A stretch of 63,200 nucleotides of DNA, the filler included, from Olpidium bornovanus S191 (lineage: Eukaryota > Fungi > Olpidiomycota), in the NCBI GenBank assembly GCA_017911155.1. It is 29 parts of 29 records of this genome, joined end to end, with 100 filler letters (N's around TTAATTAATTAA, not from the genome) between each part and the next. Parts side by side here need not be neighbours in the genome. Positions count along the whole stretch, not along the records: positions 1 to 5,286 come from JAEFCI010010315.1; positions 5,387 to 7,224 come from JAEFCI010010919.1; positions 7,325 to 8,667 come from JAEFCI010010433.1; positions 8,768 to 11,115 come from JAEFCI010003665.1; positions 11,216 to 12,338 come from JAEFCI010011078.1; 24 more parts are not named here. The stretch is one strand, 5' to 3'. Of the stretch, positions 1-12,438 are shown piece by piece; within the stretch, counting starts at the first letter, position 1, and every line of letters starts with the position of its first letter. The notes beneath the pieces were generated by a model. That model made no database searches. It saw only the letters and a list, made by a program, of their open reading frames with translations, and was not told where the DNA came from. Both the position numbers and the translations under genes were made by a program.

Positions 1-3000
1 CATGGTGTACGAGTTGATCAACTCTAAGTAGCTGGTGGGAGTTGTGTAGTAGCGCCTTCGGAGTTCCGCGTAGAACCTTTCGGAGATTTCGGAAACACCC
101 GCGTGGATCTCGACACACATTTCTGCAATTTTCTCCTTCATCTCTTCGCCCCCAAGGTCAACAAACTCCAGGAAACGGCGGCTGACGCTGAGGAGCGCAT
201 CCTTTGGCCAAATGTCAAACCAGTCTATTGTGCAACAGTTCACCAGAGAGGGGAACATTCGGCAACGGTTTCTAAAGGTGTCGCCGACGGGGCTGGTGGC
301 GAACACAATATGAAGATTGTCCCTGACGCGGTTCACGAAGAACTGGTTGATGCTGTCGCGGTCCTCGGCCTGGCCCCTCTCCCTTGCGACCTGCCGCAGG
401 TCGGATATAATCTTCTCCCGCTCGTCCAGTTCGAACAACCCGGGAACTTCGCCGGTGTTCAGGATGTTGTTGACGTCTTCCAAAAACGCTTCGTCCTTCA
501 CCTGCGTGTCGTTCAGAAGGAAAACCGTGTTCTTACCCTCAACCCCGGCGATCAAGAAGAGTTTCTTTATGTCCTCCCGCCACTCCGCCACGCCGTACGT
601 CCTCGTCAGCTCAATTTGGTGGCACTGGTAGTCGGCGACATGGCACGCCAGGCGCGTGAGGGACTGTTTCCCGGTGCCGCCGACGCCGACCAGCAGGGCG
701 TTGCCGCGCGGCTGACGAATGATGCGCGATATCCGCGTGATGTGCTGCTTCGCGTCCATGAAGAAAATCAGCCGCACGTCTCTGTTGTATGTCACGTTGT
801 ATTCCTCCAGGTAATCTTCGAGCATGGTGTTCAGCGCCTTCACGTCGGACAGCTCGACGTACACGCGCTCTTCCGGTGGAACCCCGCGCTTCATGAAGTC
901 CCCGAACATGATGGGCTTCTGCGTGAACATGTCCTTGGCTATCGCCACGGCGAAGTTTTTCTCGACCACTTCGGACAGGAGCTTGTTGAAGTACTGCCGG
1001 TCGGGTTCGTCGATGAGGCGGTCGTGGAACACCCGCGAGCTCTCGTGGCAGAACACCTTGACGATGTCAACCTTGCTGGCCACGACGCTGGGCTTGACCT
1101 GCAAGACGCCCTGGACCACTTTCGACAGGTCGCGGATGTTGAACGTGTAATGTGACTTCGCCGGAGTGGGGAGGAGCTCCGCGCACATGCGCTTGTAAAT
1201 CTCGATGCTGGAGTTCACTATCGCTTCGGACGTCTGCCGGACCTCCCCGCTGAACGGCTTCAAAAACCCGTCGACCATCGACCGAAAAATCCTTGCCAGG
1301 CTGGACTCCGACGGCTGCGGTATGCTCAACATGTTGAAATGCCGGACGAACCGCGGGGTCATCTCGTTGCGGCCCCCGCCCGGCGGAGCGCAAGCTGCGA
1401 TCATGCTCACGTCCTGCACGATCTTCCACGTGAGCTTCTCGCGGTCGTAGAGCCCGCCGAAGTCGAGGTACTGGCGAAGCAGCTCAATCGGCGGCTGAGA
1501 GCCGTACGTGTCCGGCTTGGGCATGTTGACGTCATCGACAAACAGGACCATCCGCATGCCGCTCGGAGCGGCAAGGACGTTCTTCCTCTTCTTCTCGAGG
1601 TTGTACTCGATTATCTGCTGTGTCATCGACGACGTCGTCTGCGCCGAGAAGTTCAGATTTACCGGGATGTAATTTTTCTTTTTCCCGATTCGACTCAAGA
1701 GGTTTTGGACAATCACAGATTTTCCCACACCGGTGATGCCGGTGAGCAGCGTCGGGTAGCCCTCGTCGAGGAGTGCTTCCAGCAGGTACTGATAACGCAC
1801 GGTGTCGGCTGTGGCCACCGTCATCTGGAAATACGGAATATCCGGGGAGTACTTGAACGTCGGGACGATGTCATCCCAAACCATGTAGGACTTTGTCTTC
1901 AAGTCGACATAGTAAGAAAAAACGCTGTTGCTCTCCGGCATGGCGTACTCCTGTCCCGGACCGCTTTCCAGAAGTTGCCTCACGAACGTGTCGAAATCAT
2001 CGTGGCTGGCTTCCGACAAGTTTCCCCCGAGGGACCAGACGTAGCAGAAGACGAACAGCTGGCCCAACAGCGGCCGGATGTCTATGATCGAGCGCGAAAA
2101 ATCAATCTCCTGCATGCGGGCGAAAAACGTCCGCAGCAGCTTGCACAGGCTGGTAACGAGGTTCAGGTTGACGGAAGGCACGAGCTCCTTGCAGTGCTTG
2201 CGCACGAATGCGAGCCCCGCGTCGGTGTACGCCTCGAAGAGCGGCGCGATGACGTCTTTCTGCTCCTGCGTCACGTGAGGCGGGAGCTTTTGCATCCAGC
2301 TCGCCACGTAGGGCCGCCAGCCCAGGATCGCCGGGTCCATGTACACCATGCCGCAGCGGGAAACCGTGGCCGGGGAGGCCACGGCAAGGTCGGCGACTTC
2401 GAACACCATGTGCATCGTGCTGTTCATTTTTATGCGCTCCCCGTTCGCGAGACAGAGCAGCTTGTTGTCATCTAGCACCGTGTTCATGTTTTCGATCCAA
2501 AGAGCGTCCACCGGCCCGTCACAAACAGTCCACTTCTCGTCCGCCGTTGTTTCGCTGACTTGCTGTCGAACGACGGACCCGATGATACCATCCTTCCACT
2601 CCATCGTCGCCAAATTAAATTCTCCGTACAGCTCTGCCATGGTAATGCACTAGACGGTGATGTCGGTGAATCGTCCCGAATTCTTTTCCTTTTTTAAGAA
2701 AACAAATACCTTTTTGTCGCCGTCGAAGTTGCGCGCCATTTCTCACCTTTGGATTTAACACGTAGGTCTTGACCCGCTGGAAGTCTTGATTGGTGGCGGC
2801 GGTTTCCTTCAGAGCCGTGAGCGACTCGGAGAGAATCTCGTACGCTGTTGTTTTTCCACCCCCTGTCGGGCCGACCAGCATCACACCATGTCGGACCTTC
2901 ATGGTGTCGTACAACTGGATGATTCTGTCGACGTACGGCGGAACTACCTGTAACCCTTTGCCTGTCAACGTCGCCTGGACCTGCGTCTGAAGGGCCCCGT

Positions 3001-5286
3001 AGTCCTGGTTCGGAATAACAACGCCCGGAAAAAGGTCCTGCAGGATCCCGCGGAAAAGGGGGACGTCCTCCGCCAGAAACTTGGGGAGATTCGAGTCCCG
3101 CAAGGACCGGATGAGGACGACGTCCTCCGACACGTCTGGGTTCGCCCGCTTGAGGGAGCCCGCCATCACCAAAACTGACTTGACGGCGCGCATGCCGAAG
3201 TCGTAGTGGTCCTGCTGGCTGAGCTGCTCCGAGCACAGCTTGTAGAGGTTGACTACCTTGCCGGAGAGCGCCTTTGCGCCCTCGAAGCCCTCGGAGAACA
3301 GCATTATCTCGGCGATCAGCCCGTAGTCGGGGATCATCATCGCGATCGGGCGGAAGAGGGCCTTCAGGTTGTCCGGCAGCTCTGTGCGTCCGGCGTAACC
3401 GGGGTTCATCGTGATGAACGCGGCACACGTCGGGATGAGGCGGATCTCCCGCCCCTCGAAGTTGAATTTGGCGGCGCGCGCGTCCTTTGCGTTCTTTATG
3501 GTCAGCAGCTGCTGCGCGATGACGGAGAGGACCTCGATGTCTATGCGGTTGAACTCGTCAAAGCAGCACCACGCCCCGGACTGGGCCAAGCCAGCGAAAA
3601 ACTTGCCCATTATCTTGTAGTCGAGGCTGTCCGAGCAGTTGAAAACCACGCATTGCCGGGCCAATGCTTTCGCCAGATCCTTGACGGTCTCTGTCTTCCC
3701 CGTCCCGGCGGGCCCGAGAGGCGCCCCGCCGAGATTCAGCGCCATGGCGCTGGTGAGCGTCAGGTAGCAGCGGTCCGTGAGGGGCGTGATGACCAGCCGC
3801 GGCGAGCAGCCGAGATACTCGCACCCGTAGAAGTCCGACGACGTGGACATTTTGACGGTGCACGCGTCGGATTCCGAGTCCCAGTAGTACCGCAGCTGTT
3901 TCGTCCACTCGAAATCCTGCGCGGTCGTCACGTTGGCCGCGATCATGTTCGCAACGATGTCCCGATTGTGCACGTCGATGGTGATCACAGCCCCGAGGAT
4001 GTTTCGCTGCAATTTAGTCAACTCGCCGCGGACAAGTCCGGCGAGGCCGGACAGGTTCTTTTTTGCCGGGAACAAAGTTTCTTTAGAACGACACCACCAG
4101 TGGGTCACAACGAAGAAGGCAAAAAAAAAACAACATCTACGCCACACGGAAGACGAGGGCTCCGCTTTGCCTCTCGCTCACACCTGAACGCATTTCTGCT
4201 TGAAAGCGACCAGGCCGTTGAGCGGATGCGGTCCCTTCAGCGCTTCCGTGATATCTCTGCACCAAATGACTTGGCTCGCCGTGAGAACGACCTGACCCGG
4301 ATGACTGAGCACCCATTCGTTCCGTTTGGTGGGGTCAAATTCCACCAGGGCCGCCTTGCACGCTCGGCGGACGGTGGAAAACATCGCCTCTTCGACGCTC
4401 GACAGCCAAGCTTCCACGTTTCCGCGGGCCTTGACCATTTTCATGAAGGGCATCCGTTCGCCCTCCGGGCTGAGCATCGCCAGTATGTCAATAGACTTCA
4501 GTTCCGAGGAGAATTCGAGGCTTTTTATGGCATCGAAGCACTTGCTAAGGTGCGGCTGGACCGCCTGAGGGTTCCTCGTCTGCGAGAGGATTTCCAGCAG
4601 CTCGTCGTTGGACAGGAAGTAGAACCGGGGAAACAGCAGCCGCTTGGATTCCAAGTAGTCTTCCAAGCACTTTTGGATCTTGTCCAAGAGCTCGTTGTTC
4701 TGCTGCATCATCTCCAGCAGCCCTGGCATAGTTCCCGCCTTCATCGCGTTCGGGTTGCGCGCGACTTTGCGCATCACGTCTTTCCACGTCCTGTCGACCT
4801 GCGAGAACATTTTCGCCTCGTCCGGCAACTGGCGCTGGATGTCCGGCGCCCCGAAAATCGACTCGAGGTACAGCCAGCTGCGCTGGCAGGTCGTCCAGGC
4901 CTCTAGCGTGTCGGCGAACAGATTGAGCTGCTTGTCCCAGCGCTCGACATCGGACTTGATCGGCCCCAGGAACCGGCTGGACCTCAGGGTCGCGATGGTG
5001 ACCTGGGAGTCCTCCAGCTGCGTCTGAATGTCGTCCACGCCGCCGAGGATGAACACGTCCTTGCTGTCGCGGTACGGCAGGACAATGAACTCGATGTCCG
5101 TCCACGCGGCCAGGATCTTGTTCAGCATCTCTTCCAGCGCCGCCTCGGAGCTCGCCTGGCTGGAAATTGCCGAGATCTCCTCCTTGAAGTCGAACACGCG
5201 CATCTCGCGCAGCTTCCCCATGGTGAACGTCTCGTCCCGGACCAGCGACTTCCCGATCGCCTCCTGGATCCTGTCCCAGTGGCGGG
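1..5286 (-). CDS. DNAH6: Axonemal inner-arm dynein heavy chain, DNAH6-like (internal fragment: linker, AAA1-AAA4)
   Basis: Exons 5286-4184, 4057-2747 and 2649-1 (the last is 883 stop-free codons, missed by the ORF track). Introns 4183-4058 (GT..AAG) and 2746-2650 (GT..TAG). Motifs [29 protein letters not shown]; P-loops [32 protein letters not shown]; CFDEFNRI; SHYTFNIRD; [11 protein letters not shown]. Confidence 0.95.
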
Positions 5287-5386
5287 NNNNNNNNNNNNNN
5301 NNNNNNNNNNNNNNNNNNNNNNNNNNNNNNTTAATTAATTAANNNNNNNNNNNNNNNNNNNNNNNNNNNNNNNNNNNNNNNNNNNN
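5287..5386. other. Artificial contig-joining spacer (first of 28)
   Basis: ~44 N + TTAATTAATTAA + ~44 N. The 12-mer starts at 5331, 7269, 8712, 11160, 12383, 15762, 17679, 19437, 22366, 23535, 25843, 27565, 30668, 32251, 33568, 34865, 36563, 39641, 40877, 44258, 45403, 46798, 49330, 51023, 55009, 57093, 59911 and 62136. It gives stops in all six frames. Confidence 0.98.
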
Positions 5387-5451
5387 CATGAGATCCTTGT
5401 CGTTCGACGCGGGATTTTGCAAACGACAACTTGAACCGTTGCGGAACTTAC

Positions 5452-6239
5452 GAGTTTCCAGCATCTTATCGCACTCGTCGAGGACGAATTGCTTAATGTT
5501 GTTCAGGCACAGCGACTTGTCCCGGACGAGGGCAAGGATGCGCCCGGGCGTGCCGACAACGATATGGAAACACTTCTCCTTATCTCGCAAGATGTCCTGG
5601 TCCGCTTTTACCGGCGTTCCTCCGTATAAAACTTTCGTGACTATGTTCGGCATGTACTTCTGGAACCTGGAGTACTCGTTTCTGATCTGAAACGCGAGCT
5701 CGCGCGTGTGGCAGAGGATGCGAGACCACGGCGTTCACCGGCTCCAGATGCTGGAGCGTTGCGAGCACGAAAACGGCAGTCTTTCCCATCCTCGACTTGG
5801 CCTGGAAGAGGACGTCCATGCCCAAAATGGATTGCGGGATGCACTCTTGCTGAACTGCAATTGCCAACGCGCCCGTTCAAAGCCGCGTTTAGAAACAAGC
5901 GCAAAGCTCACGGCAGCACAGGGGACCGAAACGTCGACGGAAGCGCGAAAGCCGCCGCGGCCCGTTGGAAAACGCGATCTTCGCTCGGGTGCTCGAAACC
6001 ACAGTCCGCGATCGCCCGGAGGAGTTCCGGCTAAACAGCAGGAAGTCTCTGAAGCCCGTCGAGTGCACGCCAACGTAGCTTCCCTTGTTGTCCTTATTGA
6101 TTTCCCCGTCGCCTTTTGCCGCATCTTCCGCGGGTCTCACGGCCAAGCCGTTGTTCCCGACGGCAGAAACACCGTGGGCATGCTGGAGGGCATCCACTTC
6201 CTCGTCGTAGTCGATGAGGTCATCGCCGTGGTCTGTCAT
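5452..6239 (-). pseudogene. SUB2: Disrupted DEAD-box helicase SUB2/UAP56 (5' half)
   Basis: [86 protein letters not shown]. Frameshifts at ~6031-6035 and ~5720; motif I reads QAKSRMGKT; the intron 5978-5855 begins AT instead of GT. Confidence 0.8.
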
Positions 6240-6568
6240 TGTTTCACCTTACGGTTGCAGCGGATCGACAGGCAGGGAAAGGACGGCTTGGCAGCGAAGG
6301 CGCGGTTCAGCAAAGACGTTGCTTTCTTTCACATTTAGGTTTTGCGTTTCTCATGCTGCCGCGTTTGCCCTCCGGATCAGGTCCGCGACTGGCCGAAGAG
6401 GGAGGAGAACGACCGGCGAAAAGATTGGAGGCGGGAGCACCCGGCCGCGGGCGAGCGTTTTCCCGCAACAGCATCTAGTCGGGAGCACTTTCCCGTTTGG
6501 ATTATGCGCTGGGCGGTGGGCAGCCGGGTGCGCGGGGCACGTCCGGCCACCTCCCCGTCTGCGCTCTG

Positions 6569-6578
6569 TCTCTCTCTC

Positions 6579-6620
<42 letters not shown>
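6569..6620. repeat. (CT)n microsatellite upstream of SUB2
   Basis: Near-pure CT dinucleotide run. Confidence 0.95.
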
Positions 6621-6622
<2 letters not shown>

Positions 6623-8418
6623 GTGGCCGACGGGCGCGGGGGGGGGAGGGGGTTGGTGGTTGACGGAGGGCCGGGCGTACCTCGTTTTTTTCTTTTCTTT
6701 TTTTATTTTCTTGTTTTTGTTTTCGCCTAAAAGTTCTTTTTGTTGTAAATAACTATCCTTTGAGCTTGAATTTTACAATTCCATCTTCGACGACAAGGGC
6801 CCTATTTGTGCCCGCTTCTACAGAAGTAGCCTGCTGCAGACAGGCAACCATGCTGACGTCCATGAAGTTGTTTCAACCCCCTTTTTGCCTCCGTTCGCAC
6901 GAGTTGCACCATGTGCAGAACCATGGAAAGTTTCGATTGGAGGTTTGGAGTTTCAGGCGTCTAATTTACAACACTCCCATTTAGGACATTTAGGCGACTG
7001 AAAAATAGCAGCAGGGATGAGCAGGACGTTGAACGACAGGTCAACGCGTTCGACGGCGGGTCGACAGAGTGTTTTTACGTGACGTCAACAAACGGTCGGG
7101 TGCACGAGTAACTATGGAAGTGAATTCTGGACCCAAAAAAACTACTTGCGCACGCGGTAAACCCAGAGGGACAAAAACCGCCACGGCACCTATGGAAGCT
7201 GCAGCAAAAAAAATCCCTTCATGANNNNNNNNNNNNNNNNNNNNNNNNNNNNNNNNNNNNNNNNNNNNTTAATTAATTAANNNNNNNNNNNNNNNNNNNN
7301 NNNNNNNNNNNNNNNNNNNNNNNNAAAATAAAATAAAATAAAAAAAAAGAGAAGAAAAAACTTGCTTCTTATGCGTGGAATTCAACCCCGACATGTCCGG
7401 AAGACGATTGTGCGGGAAGATGGGAAATGTAAAGCATTTTGCCGGGGAGTTGGGGGAGTGCGGGGGGTGGGGAAGGAGGGACCGGACCGGTCACGCGGGG
7501 CGTTCTTTTCTTTGCGCGCTGCCGGTCCCCGCCTTCCCTCCCGGCGGTGCATCACGTGGCGTCAATTTTTTTTTTGTTTTTTTCTTTTTTTTTTTCGGCC
7601 GTTTTTCGTTCGCCGCGCTTTCATACAGCCGGGGAGAGACGCGCAAGCTCTTCTTGCTCCGTTCATGGACCCTGAAGAGGTTTGGTGGCCGCCGCCGCTT
7701 CCTCGCCGTTTGCGCCGGCTTGCGCGCGGTCGGCGTTGATTAAAAGAACACAGGATCCGACGCCGGCGGAAAGCCAAATTGCAGTGTTCCGATCCGTGGC
7801 AAGATTTTTCGCGAACTTCCAATGTCGCACACACGCACACGGCGGCGGGATTGGCTTTTGCAAAAGTAAGCCGGCTTCCCCCAGCCTCATCCCCTCCCCC
7901 CGCACGCAGAGGACTCATCTCTTCCGGTCGATTCTCTTTGTCTAAAAGCAGGAAAACGCCTCACGCTGGGTGCTCGATTTCACAGCATGCAGCTTGCCGT
8001 TGTTGCTGTTGTCTCAGCCGTTGGATATATGCACCGGTGGAGCAATCGAAGGAAGTGGGGGCCCTCAGCATGAGAGGGGAAATAAATTGGGACTTTGGGC
8101 GGTCTCCCGCCTCCAAAACTGGGAACGGCTCCCAGGCTGGGGAGAGAGTTTATCGGCCGGCGTTGTCAAAACTTTCGCATCGAGGTGCGGAGCCTGGTCG
8201 GTTTAAACTCCTCATTTGCCGAGGTATATTTCTATGCTGACGTTAATGATCATGCCGGTCACATAAAGGCTGATAAGGTAATATCCGTAACTGCGGTCCG
8301 CGGGATAAACTGTGAGTGCGTGCCCTCCCTTTCACCCCCACCGCAATCAAACCCGCGCCCGCAAAAAACAAAAAAAAAAAGCTCAACTACAACCCGCTCT
8401 CTCTTTCTCTCTCTCTCT

Positions 8419-8453
<35 letters not shown>

Positions 8454-8454
<1 letters not shown>

Positions 8455-8650
8455 TCCTTGTCAGCCGGTAGTCCATCATAGGCACGATGATTAAGCTGCT
8501 CAGCAGGCTGGCCAGCAACATGAACGACGACACGAATACGGAAGGCGACATGTCACTCAACCAGTAGGTGTTGCCGGTGCTGGCTGTCAGGTATGTCGAG
8601 CTCAAACCGATGCCGAGCAGAATATCTTTATAAAGGACGTCGAGGGGGCG
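8454..8650 (-). CDS. Putative exon of an unidentified membrane protein
   Basis: Stop-free hydrophobic frame PLDVLYKDILLGIGLSSTYL...SVFVSSFMLLASLLSSLIIVPMMDYRLTR, ending at a GTAAAA donor. No family recognised. Confidence 0.3.
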
Positions 8651-9113
8651 GTGTTGACAAATGTTTCNNNNNNNNNNNNNNNNNNNNNNNNNNNNNNNNN
8701 NNNNNNNNNNNTTAATTAATTAANNNNNNNNNNNNNNNNNNNNNNNNNNNNNNNNNNNNNNNNNNNNAGCGGCGGCATGGCTGCAACGGCCTGGGAGGCT
8801 GAGGAACGGGACATGTGGTGGGGTGCTAAAAGCGTCGCCGGGCTTTCTCCTCTTGTCATCGTTTCGTTTCGGGGGGGAGGGGGGGGGGAGAGGAGGGTTG
8901 CGAGGGAGAGAGGGAGAGAAGAGAGCGAGAGAGAGGAAAAGGCGGAGGGGGAGTAAAAAGTGAGTACAAAAAAAACCAAAAATGGGCCGCCCTCCGCTCG
9001 CTCTCTCTCGCTCTCTCTCTACTCTCTCTTTCTCCTCCCCGCCCGCTTTTTACCACCCACCGGAAACCAAACCCCCCAACCCCCCCCCCCCCGCTTGCTC
9101 TTCGGAAAGGAAA

Positions 9114-9144
<31 letters not shown>

Positions 9145-9180
9145 GAAAAGGGGAGAAAAAGCGCAGGGCGCAGAGGCTCC

Positions 9181-10192
9181 ATGGACGACAGTACAACTGC
9201 GCAGGAACCGCGGCAGCCCTTTGGAGGTGCGGCGCTTTTCTCCCCCTTACCCCGCCCCACCCAAGCAGGGCCCTCAGCAGGCCCGGCCGGGGAGGAAGCG
9301 GTTTCCCGCGTTTCCGCCCCGTGGAGTCCCGCCGGCCGGTTGGCTCTGCTGTTCGGCAGACACGCGTACCAAACGCTCGCCTTCTACGGGTATTGCGCAC
9401 CAGGGCAGGCCTCAAGACTCCGCAGGACGTGCAAGCGCAAGCCTTCCTGGAATCTTGCCCCGTGAAGGCGGCCGGCGCTTCGGTAGTAGGTCGGTTGCTT
9501 TTTTGCGTTTTCTGCAGCCGGGGACCGGCAACCGCTAGCACGTCGTGGCGGACGGCGAGCTGACGCACCCGCGCCTCTTGGAAATTTTACCCCCCTCTCC
9601 CTTCGCCTGCGGCGCGCCGACCTTGCCGACAGGATTCCTCTTCGGCGGGGCACTGGGCCTGTTCCTCTCCGGGGCAGAGTGGTCGACCCCGGTGGACACC
9701 ACCGCGTCAACGTCCCAGCAGGTGAAGCAGACCTTCCGCGACATGGGCCGCAAGTCCTTTGCCAGCGCAAAGAACCTCGCGGTGATCGGCGCCGTCTTCA
9801 GCGGCACGGAGTGCGTTATCGAGAGCGTGAGTTCCCGGGCCGTCAACGCGCGTGAGCGACCCGTCTGACGGCGGGACCCGGGCTGATCGCGGACGTTCGC
9901 GCGCGCGTGACCTCAAACCTAAATCCGACAGTATCGGGCGAAGACGGACCTGTACAACGGCGCGGCGGCGGGTTGCGTGACCGGCGGCGCACTGGCAGCG
10001 CGGAGTGAGTGGGCATGGTTGGCGTGCCGCCGTTCGTTTGCGCCGGTTTTTGTCTACGTTCCAACCACCCCCTCACTCAACGCCGGCCGTCTGAACTGCG
10101 CAGGCGGACCAAAGGCGGTCGTCCTGGGCTGCGCGTCCTTCGCGGCCTTCTCGTCTGCGTTCGAGTACTACTTCATGCATAGAGAAGACTAG
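9181..10192 (+). CDS. TIM22: Mitochondrial inner-membrane translocase Tim22 (complete, 5 exons)
   Basis: Exons 9181-9226, 9409-9489, 9633-9826, 9932-10004, 10104-10192, all GT-AG. [85 protein letters not shown]. Both conserved Cys present. Exon 1 and the exon 2 start are less certain. Confidence 0.93.
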
Positions 10193-11287
10193 AACTCGGT
10201 GACTCCCGGTTCGCCGCACTTACAGAATCCAAGTATACCTCTCGGCGATCCGAACACACACTGTCCTTCGGCGTGTTGCCGCAAAAAGTTGAAGGGGCAG
10301 ATCTGCGGCTTTAATTTTGTCATGGGAAGACTAATAAAACCCAAATCCGATGTAGCGCCTTATCGACAGCCCGAACAGCGCGTACCCGCGCCGTGGATTC
10401 GGAATGGTGGGTTTCGCCCATTTTGCAGAGGACGCCCCGGAGTGGGGCGGGGGGGGGTGGGGGGAGGTGTCGGTGTCCCGGGGCAAGGTCACCGGCATCC
10501 TCCGACAAGTTCCCCGTGTGTGCGAACTGGCGATCGTCAGGTTGTTGATGTTGTCGTCGTCGTCGTCGTTGTTGTTGTTGTCAACGGCGCGGGACATTTG
10601 CACCTGTTAATTGACGTCAATCTTAATGCCCGTTGGGCGGCAACGCAAACCCTGGTTATTAGCAGGGTCCCTGGACCACAATTTTCCGGAATGTTAGTGG
10701 AATTCTGCACGACCCGGGGTTTGTACGCGCGCGCCGCTCAACCACGGGGGTGCGCACTGGACCGCAAGGCGCGGTCGCAGTATGGGGGGCTCGGTAACGC
10801 GCCGCATAAACGGCCCCCCCGGCCAAGGACGACACCGCGGGCAGACAGAGAGGGCGTGCGTTGCGCCACGCAAGAGGAGCGCGAGAGGGGCCTCCCCGCG
10901 GGGCGAAAAGTCGGCCGCACGGGCGGTAGTTTTGCATCGCATTTAGCAATTTGACCGAGCCCGGGATCCACGCACACCCCCCTCCCCCCCCCCCCCCCCC
11001 CCCCCACCCACCCCCCCCTCGCCCCACTCCCTTTGCCCAACCTGGATCAGAAACACCTGCGTTTGCGCCGCGGCGTTTCCCGCGCGTTTTAAAAAACAGA
11101 TTCCACCCGGAATCGNNNNNNNNNNNNNNNNNNNNNNNNNNNNNNNNNNNNNNNNNNNNTTAATTAATTAANNNNNNNNNNNNNNNNNNNNNNNNNNNNN
11201 NNNNNNNNNNNNNNNAAAGGCCGCGGGGCGGGGGGGGGGGGGGGGGGGGGGGGGTGGGGGGGGGCGGGGGGGAGGTGGGGGGGGGGG

Positions 11288-11358
<71 letters not shown>

Positions 11359-12438
11359 CGCGCACCAATACCCTCCGCTTTCGACACACACGCACACATC
11401 CGTCAATCCACTCCCCTCCCTCCCACTTCCCCCCGCCCTTCCCCTCCACCCCCCGAGAAACCAGATGTCGCCCGAGCCGCAGCGGTCGTCCGCGTCGCCC
11501 CGTATGCAATTTGCCGCCTCCACCCTCCCACGCACACCCCCCCCCCCACATCTCCGCAGCGCCAACTGCGCAGTTAGATCACCGTCCGGGGCGGGGTGCA
11601 CGTTTCTCGGGGCCAAATTCAATCGCACGAAATGGCCGCTTTCACCCCCACCCCCACCACCGCACGCCCTGGATATGAGCGAGCTCTTAAACCTTCACCC
11701 GCTTCTAACCCCCCTCCCCACCCCAAGGAGGGTGGACTCCTCTTTCGAAACTCTGCCGGCTCTTTCGTCTGTTTGGTTTGCGGCGCCGCCCGCGAAGTGG
11801 CGTGCCCGTCGAGAGCGACGGCGCATCTCAGACGGCGGAGGGCTCTGGAAGGGGCGACGGGAGGGTGGGGGAAGATTGGGGGGTGGGGGGGGAGGAAGAA
11901 TGAGGATGTGGGAAGGAGTGAGGAGACGAGAGAAAGGGCCTCGGGGTGCAAGGAGGTACGCAGGCGGGCCGCGCACGGGCCGGTCGATGCTTTTTTGCAG
12001 ACTGCGCGATAGCTTTTCCGATGCGGAGCGGCACTTCCTCTCTCCCCCCCCGCGCCCCCCACTTTTTTGTTGTTGTTTTATTTAGCCCCAAGCGGAGCAA
12101 CAACCGCGAGCGGCCGGTTGTTAAGCGCCTGTTCGTGGTTTTTGCGGGAAAAGTGAGCGTGTTTGTGTGGGGGAGGCGGTAGGGAAGGAAGGATTAACTT
12201 TATTTTCCACCGGCGGGGTCATGCTTTAGCGAGGACTGGGCGGTACAGCGCGTGGGTTTCTGTACAGTCGGGCGATAAATGTCGCTTTATTATTCCGGAT
12301 GTAACTGGTGGGAAAGATTCCGGGAAAATTTCGAGGCCNNNNNNNNNNNNNNNNNNNNNNNNNNNNNNNNNNNNNNNNNNNNTTAATTAATTAANNNNNN
12401 NNNNNNNNNNNNNNNNNNNNNNNNNNNNNNNNNNNNNN

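Noticed and set aside
103-4906. Long plus-strand ORFs 103-1155, 1339-2475 and 3206-4906
   Set aside because: Antisense shadows of the GC3-biased dynein exons, with no recognisable motifs. The same applies to shadows over DBP3, RSC9 and FAD2.
5331-5342. Recurrent TTAATTAATTAA as a CRISPR repeat, telomere or regulatory motif
   Set aside because: Always centred in N padding of near-constant length; it is an artificial six-frame-stop linker.
5855-5978. SUB2 intron beginning AT as a U12-type intron
   Set aside because: It ends in AG and lacks the ATATCCT U12 donor; a mutated GT donor in a decaying copy fits better.
11225-11358. Long G/C runs as G-quadruplex elements or poly-Pro/poly-Gly proteins
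   Set aside because: They are concentrated at contig ends where length is unreliable, and may be inflated by sequencing or assembly. The ORFs are trivial translations of homopolymers.
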